A stretch of 64,000 nt of DNA from Psammoneis japonica (lineage: Eukaryota): the NCBI GenBank assembly GCA_008632985.1, contig QPGO01000119.1, forward strand, positions 1 through 64,000, given 5' to 3'. Under the pieces are notes generated by a model. It was not told where the DNA came from, made no database searches, and saw nothing but the letters and a program-made list of their open reading frames with translations. The position numbers were made by a program, and so were the translations under genes. This document shows, piece after piece, positions 39,934 to 49,739 of this stretch. How positions within the stretch are numbered: position 1 is the stretch's first letter; the number at the start of each line of letters is the position of its first letter.

Positions 39934-40249
39934 TACGACACGTTTCTTGGTGCTATCAGCGCCGCTTTTTGGTCAACAATGCTAGAGAAGTGTTGCGGAC
40001 AGCAGGCGTAGAAGGTTATTGACATCAAACATCAAGTCATCAGTCATCAAGTCACCCCACATGATGATCTCGAACGAGAAGGGTTCTCATTTTTTTGAAA
40101 CAATTAAGCGGACGTTGAACAGACAGACAAGTACCGGTCGACGCGACGCGACGAGCAGGTAGTCAATGTTACAGTCATCTATCTCTACATAACATAGTCT
40201 CTACTCTACTAGAGTAGAGCTCTAGCTAGAGTAGCTACTCTCTACTCTA

Positions 40250-40800
40250 TGGAATGAGCTCCAACGGTTTCACGTACTTGAGCGTCGCGTGAGGTCAGAT
40301 GAAGGTAACACTAACAAACGCAGAAGTGATTGGGCGACCAGCATTGGTTCTTTTGTGTGGAAAGAATGGTGGGCTTTATGGGATGACCACAATAAGGCTC
40401 TTCACGGACACGACAAAGAAACGTGGAAGTCTGCACAGCGCAGACTTGCTGAGGCTGAACTCAGGTTGATATACGAACGACAGAATGAACATTTGGCAAA
40501 GGATCGGCATTATTTATTCGACACGGTTGAAGAGCATCTAAACCAGTCGACTCATCAGATTCGTAACTGGTTGGCTACGAACAAATCACTTTTTAAAACA
40601 AGCATGAGAGAGGCAAAACGACTTGCCGTGCGCGGTACTCGGACTATTCTCAGCTACTTTGGATGGGCGTCACAATCTCGTGACGCCGCGGTCGGCTAAT
40701 CCACAACTACTTCTGCCGCACTTCGGTGTACTGGGAGTGTGGGCCGGCTTGGAGCTAGTGGCGAGTGGAGTTCGAGCAGCACTTAAAATATAGAATTTTG
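40250..40800 (+). mobile_element. 3'-terminal fragment of a probable non-LTR retrotransposon
   Basis: ORF 40289-40699 (FVWKEWWALWDDHNKALHG...LRLIY...IRNWL...TILSYF) resembles the WxxWxxRNxxxHG C-terminus of non-LTR ORF2 proteins. No start or upstream domains; flanked by CTAG/TAGAG low-complexity tracts. Confidence 0.5.
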
Positions 40801-41430
40801 TCTTTCTTTACTCTAGAGTAGAGTAGCTAGAGGACCCTATCCCGGTGTCCGACATCTGCTACTAGAGAGTAGAGTCTAACCTTACAAGCTCCAAAGCTGC
40901 ATCATCCGCAATGCCGACAATGGTGAGCTCACTGCAGCATGCTCTGCATACGACCACTTCTCGGCCATGCCATTCGTTACACTGCGACTCTTTGTTGACA
41001 AAATAATGCCATTTCACAGACTTGCGTTTTCATTCATCGGTGGCAAGTTTTGTTTTCAATGACAGGTGCACATGCATGTCTGTGGTACCTTGGTATCATA
41101 GTAGGAGATGCTGGCGGAAGAAAAAGCAACACTACTCTAGTACAAGTAGTAACCAAGTTAGTTTTTGTCCGATGCTTTCCATAGCCCACACATACTCGTT
41201 GCAAAGTACCGGTACAATAAAGATGATGGAGCGACCATGGATAACAACAACTTGGCAAAATCTGTTGTACCTGGGAAATAAGGTAGGAAATGCGGATGGA
41301 AGAATCTTCTGGCAGTCCCAAAATGAAGACTCACTCGCATTTACCTCGCCTTTATTCAATTGAGGCTAAAATCACACGTGGCGTCTACGGATCGCAATAT
41401 GTCGCATTGTAGAAGCACGACGCGAAGGAT

Positions 41431-44096
41431 CTAGCAGTACTCAGCATGATCCAAGACCTCATCCAGTTTTTTCAGTGATTGGTGCACACGTTCCCAGCCT
41501 GCCTGTTCTATGCATAACCCAGAAAGGATTCGTTCGTTAAGGTGTGACATTTCCTGAGTGTGACTCATGACTCGCATAGCCAACCGGTCCGGAGGTGCTT
41601 GATTCTCACGAATAAACAGAACAGACCTGGAATGGTACAAGCGCTCCTTTGGGGGAGGTTTTTCTTCCATGGTGGATTCTTCAAAGGTTACCGATGGCCG
41701 TCTTTCGGGAGTCCCCGACGGCGGATCATCATCTTCCTCGCCAACAGAGAGAGCATCGTGCGCGGCGACATCCACCTTGGTTTCTTTTCCTTCATTAGCC
41801 TTCTCGTAGTGGTGCTGGAAGTGTGTAGAAGCATCGCTGGCTCTCGCGACAGAATCCGAAATACCTGAGACCAAAACGGAAGTAGTACCGGGGCCGCGTT
41901 GGTCCTTTGATCTGGCAGACTCGCGATGATCTCGTATCATCTTGCTCACCACGACCTGTTCACCATTCCAAATCAGCTTCAGTTTGGGATACGTCAATCG
42001 GGTGCTGATGCTCGTGGAAATAAAAGTCACAATGACCACTTTGGAAATGTACGGAATGTCAGGACTCGCCGATGGATCTTTCGAAATAACCACGACAGCG
42101 GATCCAAGGCCCGCAACAAACAGAGATGATATCAATGCAAAAGATACGGAAGCGGCTTCATTGAACATACCCGGCAAATTTCGAGACTTCTGCGCTTCAA
42201 TTAGAGCTGCAAACAATGTAATTAGAGGTACGCACGTGGTTGCCAGGAAGTAAATCTGCTCTCGGTCCGTTCCGCATTCGTAGCGTCCATCTGATTCCTG
42301 CGCATTCATGTCAACCTGGAGTTGAGGTGAAAATACGGCTAATCCCACAATCTCAAGAACAACCATAGGAAGCGTCACCAGAATGATAATGAGCCACAGT
42401 CGGCATGTAGTGAATTGTAGTCGAATGCTCTTTTGACGGTTCAAAGAGTGCTTCTCTTTCCACCTCTGCAGTGCGCGAACAAATCTTGGAGGATCTGCTG
42501 CACTTGCCGGTACTTCCTGAGGCTCTGCTTCTGTCGATAACTCGCTATTGATACCACCCATACTGCTTGAAACGCCACTTTCTCCAGCCACACTCGTGTT
42601 GCGGTTCATGAGAGCTCTCTTCCAATTCTTAAAATTCTGCTTTCTTTCACGAGAATTAGTCTTGCCAGAGTTCCAATTCATCAGTGGTGCCATTATTGCG
42701 AGTATGCGTCGTAAACGCCCAAGAACAATGGCCAACATGAGCTGAATGGGAATGGTGGTCATTGGATTCTGCAAGTAGCAGTGAGCATTGGACTTTGGGT
42801 TGTACAAGACGCTACACAGCGTTGCGAAGAATCCCGCAAACTGCAGCAAGAGTAAAAACTCGCACTGCGCCAGTTTCATGACGGAGTGCTTGCGATGACG
42901 CCATGTAGAACTCATAAAGAAGACCAACGCCAAGCCGGCTACGGCAATGATAACGTACGAAACAACCTCCATTGCCAGGCTAACTGATTGAATAGTAGGC
43001 TTTTCATAGTACGTGACAGAACGCTGGCTCAAGAGGTTGGCCACATCGAACTTGTAAGCCGCCTGCTCGTTACTGGTTGTGTTACTCAGAAAGAATTCAA
43101 AGGCTGCGAGAGGAAGATAGTTTCCTGGGACCGAGACTTGGACATCCACATCCAGATGAAACTCAAACTCCGTCTCATTCGTGATGTTCACGGGAATGAG
43201 GAAGAACTCTGAGGCAAGGTGATACAGTTGCTGTCGCTCCTCGTGCTGTTGACAATGTTGTTTCGCGGCAAAAAAGGATTAGAAAAAAAATAGTTCAATC
43301 AACAACGTCGGCCAGCTATCCACTCTCTGTGATGTACAACAATACTCACGTAATGCAAACCGTCATGATATTGAGAAAGCCCATGTTCCTGATTGTACTC
43401 TTCCCCATGATTTACGATCGTTCGCAAATACAATTTTCTTCTTTTTCTTCCATCATGACGATCTGGATGAGCACTGTGTTCTTTCATGCGGCGTTCATGT
43501 CCCCCGTCGTGATCGTCTCCATCCACATGAATATGCGATTCCAGTTCGTCGTGCCGGCCCAGAATAAACGGAGAGCACAGATTCCCATTGACAGGACAAA
43601 ACTCAATCCGAAACCCAACATCGTGCAGTCCGTCTGACGAATAGAAAAAGGAATCCTCTGGTAGCCCGTAGACTTGTCTGAGAACTTCCAAATTAACCCG
43701 GGCTACTACGTGATAGGTGTAGTACCGACCTGTCCTTAAACGATAGCTTCCACGGAATTGTTCCGGTAAGATGTCGAGAAACACAGCAGTACCGTCCCAG
43801 CAGGAACTCTGCAAGGATGTGGGGCCTGCTACAAAATTTGGCTCGAGGTCCGAGTGCCAATTGACTCCATCAAAATCACGAACGTGGTCGTCATCGTCAA
43901 CGGTGTTGTTTGTGCGATTTTGAAACAAAGGTGCCGACCAGCATATGGGATCTGTCCCGTTGACATTGTCGTATCCTGTTTCAGTGTAGACTTCTCCTGG
44001 GACTTGAGACCGGATCTCAGGCACCCACAACAGAAGCAGTAAGAGAAGCAACCGCAGCAGAAAAAGCGAAGGAACTATTTCCGGTATTGGCCTCAT
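41431..44096 (-). CDS. Class C-like (7tm_3) G-protein-coupled receptor with signal peptide
   Basis: Signal peptide in ORF 43299-44096; seven hydrophobic segments in ORF 41431-43191 with RKHSVMKLAQCEFL, LPGMFNEA and YPKL motifs typical of GABA-B-like 7tm_3 receptors. Confidence 0.75.
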
Positions 44097-44361
44097 TGGT
44101 TCTTAAAATACCCAAGCCCGCTTTCTTGTTATTGCATATGTACAGTATCTCTAGAGACCTAGAGAGAACAAAGACAAACTTTGAACGCTACTTGCAGATA
44201 TTTTCAACGCAGCAAGCAGCCATCAGCCATCAGCAGCATCGCACCTTCGCATCGTCGATCGTCGATCGCTCTACCTGTACCAATCGCCCAAATCTGCGGA
44301 GGCCGTACGACGTACAGTCATTTTTTGTCAAAGTCATTTTGGACATTTTCCACTTCTTGCA

Positions 44362-44796
44362 TGTGCAGTGTGCCTCGCCACTGGACAACACGGCGAGACC
44401 GTGCATAAGCCTCTTGTACGTGGCAACGTAGTGTTGTTAACACGTACCTGGGAAGCACGACCACAGGAGGGCGTGGCTCTAGGTCTTAGGCAATTCCAGA
44501 AGGATGCTAAGAGAGCATCCGTGTGAAGCACACTGGCCCGTCGTCTGGCCCACCATGGCAGCATGATTCCACACGATGACATCACTCGTGCGCAGCGTGT
44601 GATGGCTTGACTCGCACGATCCACAATGCGAGCGCACGATCGATTTGATGCGATCCCAATGCGAACGAACAGGGATTTGGCAAGATTCCCCATTCACACG
44701 ATCCCATTTTCTCTGCTCCAAGCTGGCTCATGATTTTCACAACGACAAAGTTGCAACACATCTTCTTTTCAGCGCCTGGCACATGCACAGGGCACA
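44362..44796 (+). repeat. 5' LTR
   Basis: Ungapped alignment with 49152-49586; starts TGTG, ends CACA. Confidence 0.93.
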
Positions 44797-44855
44797 GTGA
44801 TGTCACTCTCGCATGTTGTGCGAGGTGACGAAATCTGTAGAAACGAAACTGCGAA

Positions 44856-46040
44856 ATGTTGGCAGGACCGACAAATCTTAAAACGACCATGAAGAAGCGG
44901 ACCGAGCCGCCGATTCCGTTCGCACGGCCGGAGAAGAAAGAGCTGCAGCAGGGCGAGTGCCAGACATTCAAGCTGCGCAACAACCCCACTGATCCGGATG
45001 GTCCAACGCACGAGATGGGCATTCCGCACCTTTCCATGGCTGCATGCGAGATGCTCCCAATCTTTCTGCGCAACGTGGGTCGCGTGCACGAAGGACAAAA
45101 CATCACGACCGGGCCAGCGAAATTTGCCCTCATGCGTGACCCACTGCAGGGTGATGCTCTGACGTCATTTGACAATGCCGTTGACAAGCAGGCATCCCAA
45201 ACCAATGCTGCGTGCGCAGCATGCGTCGCCAAGCTAAAGGAAAGCATCTTCCCACATGGGGCGGCACTGTTGCAGAAGCGTCATCTGAGGCGCTTCATGC
45301 GCAAGCCCGCAGAGGTTTCCACTCGTGACTGCGTCGCGAGGGCTGTTGAAATCAACGGCCACATCTCTCAGTTTCCACCCGTGATGGAGGACAAAGAAGC
45401 ACTGGCACTGTCACCTGATGACGAACTGTGCGACATGTTCGAGTGCGGTGTGCCGAGCGCATGGCAGAAGTTCATGACGCTACAGAATTTTGACCCGTTG
45501 GCGCATGCCATCGCCGAATTCACACAGTTCTGTGAGTGCACCGAGCAGGTCGAGCTTGCCGAAGGTAACCGCGACCAACGTGCTGGGGTCCCACGCAAGC
45601 GGGGACGTAGAACGGACAATTCTGAGTCGTTGATCACGACCCAACCGAACACCCACGTGAAACGTGTCAAGACTGGATGTTCCAACAACGGAGGCAGCAA
45701 GCCCAACACAAAACCTCGGAATGAGGAAGATGTTGACACTCTCATCGGATCGAAGGTCGAGGAGTTCTTTGCCAACGCTCAGAAAAAGCGTAAGGCACGC
45801 AAGGAGGAGCTCAATCACTTCCGCGACCTCAACTTAAGTGATTCCGAAGACTCGGACACTTGCCGACACGATGCAGGTAGTTTTAATACATTAGATGAAT
45901 GTATAAATGAACAACTGAATTACCATCGTACACGTGTTGTAGGCCAATCCCGCAAACGAGTTAAAAAGACTCATCTTACTCCAATCTTGTTTATAGCTAT
46001 GAATGCTAAACATGGCAAGGGGCAAGACTCAAACCATTAA
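44856..46040 (+). pseudogene. gag: gag-like ORF of the Gypsy element
   Basis: ORF directly after the 5' LTR with QKRHLRRFMRKP and retrotransposon gag-like composition; Tyr absent until ~45920. Confidence 0.7.
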
Positions 46041-49000
46041 GGCACTATTAGATAGTGGCGCCAGCAGCACTCTACTCGACAGTCGATACTGTAAACGTCT
46101 GCGAAGCCATTCAACGGCTGAGACAAACTGGACTACGGTAGCAGGCTCGTTCAGTACGTCTAACGACTGTACCGTTAAATTTTGGTTACCAGAATTATAC
46201 GAAACTCTTAGAACTTAAATATACCGTCCACGTACACAACGGAAAGTTGGGCAAGTACGATATGATTATTGGACGTGACATTCTGGAGACACAAGGCATT
46301 GATATTGTCTTCTCTAAACAGATGATAGAGTGGCCATTAGTCAATGGAGAAGTACCAATGAGGCACGTAGATGCTACGGTAGAAACCTCCTTCTATCTTC
46401 AAGATCCAGAAGCTTTAGCTTCGGAAACCGACCGGATTTCGCGTATTTTAGACGCTAAGTACGCGCCGGCCTGCCTCAAGGACATAACGCGAGGGGCAAT
46501 AAATTTTCTATAGTTCAACAAAACGACCTTTTGGCACTATTGAAACGCCATGAGTCCTTATTTGATGGGACATTAGGAGAATGGAAGGGAGAACCCTACC
46601 ATATCCAACTCAAGGAGGGTGTAGAACCATACCACGCTCGTCCGTATAAAGTACCTCGTGCGTACGAAGCTACGCTACGTAAAGAAGTAGAACGCCTAGT
46701 ACGTATCGGTGTTCTCAAACGCGTTAACCGATCCCAATGGGCAGCTCCATCATTTATCATACCGAAGAAAGATTTAACGGTACGCTTTATTAATGATTTC
46801 AGAGAGCTGAATAAACGGATCAAGCGATTGCCTTATCCGATTCCTCATGTCCAAGATATGCTGCTCAAGCTCGAAGGCTTTATGTGGGCTACATCGCTGG
46901 ATTTAAACATCGGCCATTGTCACATCCGATTGGACACTGATGGCAAGAAGCTCTGCACGCTCATCTTCCCGTGGGGCAAGTATGAGATGCAGGCATTGCC
47001 CATGGGATTGTGCAACTCGCCAGACATTTTCCAAGAACGCATGTCAGGCTCATTTGAAGATCTGTCGTTCGTTCGAACGTGCTCAGATGACCTTCTCGTT
47101 GTGACGAAAGGCACCCACGAAGATCACCTCAACAAACTTGAAGAAGTTTTGTTGAGGGTCCAGAAGGCAGGACTAAAAGTCAACGCAACTAAATCTCACT
47201 TCTGTCAAACCCAATTAGAACACTTGGGTTGTCTGGTTGACAGAGACGGGGTGCGACCAATGCCCAACAAAGTCGATGCCATTGAGCGAATCGCGATCCC
47301 AACCAACAAACGCGACCTGCGCTCATTTGTTGGCATGGTGAACTGCCACCGCGACACGTGGATTGGACATTCTGAAGTCTTGGCTCCGCCAACACGACTC
47401 ACAAGCGAGGCTGTCAAGTGGGAGTGGACATCCGTTGAAGACGAGGCATTCGAAGCCGTTGAACGGGTGACATCGGATGATATTTTGTTGTCACATCCTG
47501 ATTTTAACAAACCCTTTGAGATGCGCGCCGATGCCTCTAAATGTCAATTGGGAGCAGTTGCATCCCAAGACAATAAAACCTGTCACCTTTTGCAGCAGAA
47601 AGCTTGACAGTGCGCAATTAAATCATGCAACAACGGAGAGAGAATCACTCGCCATTGTGGAGACATTGAAAGAATTTCGAACGACTCTCCTTGGTCATCG
47701 CACAACTGCATGCACTGATCATAAAAATCTTGCGCACAAAGTGTTCAATGCCGAGCGCGTTGTGCGCTGGCGGTTGACATGCGAAGAATGCGGTCCCGAA
47801 TTACGCTGTGTCAAGGGTGCCCACAACCTGGTCGCTGACGCTCTCAGTCGCCTTCGACTGGCACCCAGCTTGCCTTCCGAGGCCAATCCGGATGCAACAG
47901 ACACTCCATTGAGTCGTCCTTTGCATGAAGCTTTTAATGCAGATGCGCAAGATGAGATGTCTCTGCCCATTGGCTTCAAGCGCATTCAAAAAGCACAACA
48001 AAAGGACAAGCGCCTGCTCTCACGAGCCAAGGACTCGTCCGACTGCTCCATTCGCGCATGTCGTGGGGGAGGGTCATCACGACAGTTAATCTGTCATAAG
48101 GACAAAATCGCAGTGCCACAGTCATTGCAGGTTCCGCCATCTGAATGGTGCCACGAGACACTGTGTCATCCATGTGAGACACGCACGGAAATGTCCATTG
48201 CCCAGCACTTCTGTTGGCCCAGTGTGAGGTCTACGGTGCATTCTACGTGTGTTGAGTGCGATCGATGCCAGAAGACAAAACGCCGAATGCAGCATTGTGG
48301 GAAGCCACCAGAAAAGGTCGCAGAGACAATTCCATGGGAGACTCCATGCATGGATGTGACAGGGCCACATAAAATTCAAAGACGCGGAAAGGACACTTTG
48401 CAATTGTGGGCAGTCACAATGATTGACCCAGCAACCGGGTGGTTCGAGATTAAAGAAGTGTCTGCGAAACGCGCAGACGTCGCAGCAAACGTCGTGGAAC
48501 AAACGTGGCTATGCAGACATCCGTGGCCAACCCAGGTGGTTTGTGACCGTGGGACAGAATTTATGGCAGAATTCAGCCAGATGATTAAAAATGACTGTGG
48601 GATTTTGAAGAAACCCACAAGCAAACGGAATCCACAGGCGAGTGCCACAGTGGAGCGTGTGCACCAGACACTTGGTGACATGGTGCGTTCCTTTTCAGCA
48701 CAGGATGTGGAGCTGGACGAAGATGACCCATGGAGTGGCATCCTCTCCGCAGCAGCCTTTGCCACCAGAGCTGCGGCACATGCGACCACGCGTGCAAGTC
48801 CCATGCAATTGGTCTTCGGACACGATGCGGTTTTGTCTGTTGCTCATCGTGCCAAGTGGAAGCACATGGAAACCAGAAAGCAGAAGCTTGTCCACTTAAA
48901 CAACAAGCGTGAAAATCAGAAACGCAAGGAGTGTCAACATGCCGCAGGGCAATTGGCACTCATCAAACAGGAACAATCCTCTAAATGCGGTTCTGACAGT

Positions 49001-49115
49001 TGTGCAGGACCCGCCAGAGTTGTCCGTGTGCATGACAACGGCACGTTGCGCATCCAGAATGGAGTGCTGACAGATGCGTGCAATCTACGGCAGATTGTGC
49101 CCCATCACCAGCAAG
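46003..49115 (+). pseudogene. pol: pol (protease, RT, RNase H, integrase), frameshifted and hypermutated
   Basis: LLDSGAS protease; SQWAAPSFIIPKK, DFRELNK, LPMGL and CSDD (YxDD position) in RT; ADAS and TDHKNL in RNase H; HxxxxH...CxxC, DRGTEF and ERVH in integrase. Confidence 0.9.
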
Positions 49116-49151
49116 ACATCCTGTCACTTGACGGCCCTGATCATGGGGGAG

Positions 49152-49586
49152 TGTGCAGCATGCCTTGCCACTGGACAACATGGCGAGACTGTGCATGAGC
49201 CTCTTGTGCGTGGCAACGCAGCATTGTCAACACGCACCTGGGAAGCACGACCACAGGAGGGCGTGGCTCCAGGTCTCAGGCAATTCCAGAAGGATGCTGA
49301 GAGAGCATCCGTGTGAAGCACACTGGCCCATCGTCTGGCCCACGATGGCAGCGTGATTCCACACGATGACATCACTCGTGCGCAGCGTGTGATGGCTTGA
49401 TTCGCATGATCCATGATGCGAACGCACGATCGATTTGATGCGATCCCAATGTGAACGAATGGGGATTTGGCAAGATTCCCTGTTCACATGATCCCATTTT
49501 CTCTGGTCTAAACTAGCTCACAATTTTCACAACGACAAAGTCGCAACACATCTTCTTTTCAATGCCTGGCACATGCATGGGGCACA
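49152..49586 (+). repeat. 3' LTR
   Basis: Follows the PPT at 49145-49151; aligns to 44362-44796. Confidence 0.93.
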
Positions 49587-49739
49587 TGTGTCACCTTGAT
49601 CAAATTCATTTTTCCATCTCACAAAATCGATCTTTGAGATCACCTCTGCAGCTGCAGCCATGACTTCTCCATGGAGAACACACACATCAACAACTGTTGC
49701 ATTGAAATCTTGGGCAACCACTCTCTTTCCTGTGGAGAC

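Larger units (their letters stand above)
44362..49586 (+). mobile_element. Full-length, mutationally inactivated Ty3/Gypsy LTR retrotransposon
   Basis: Two 435-bp TG...CA LTRs; polypurine tract GGGGGAG before the 3' LTR; gag then PR-RT-RNaseH-INT order. Confidence 0.95.

Noticed and set aside
44797..44815. tRNA primer-binding site after the 5' LTR
   Set aside because: Sequence GTGATGTCACTCTC lacks the canonical TGG start and may itself be mutated; no tRNA can be assigned without a search.
46905..49198. Alternative genetic code or RNA editing restoring Tyr in pol
   Set aside because: Neighbouring genes and the spared island use TAY normally, and the same changes occur in non-coding LTRs and differ between the two LTRs.
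44362..49586. Classical fungal RIP (CpA->TpA) as the cause of LTR differences
   Set aside because: RIP would add TpA and stop codons. Here TpA is depleted, the frames stay open and conserved Tyr codons are lost.
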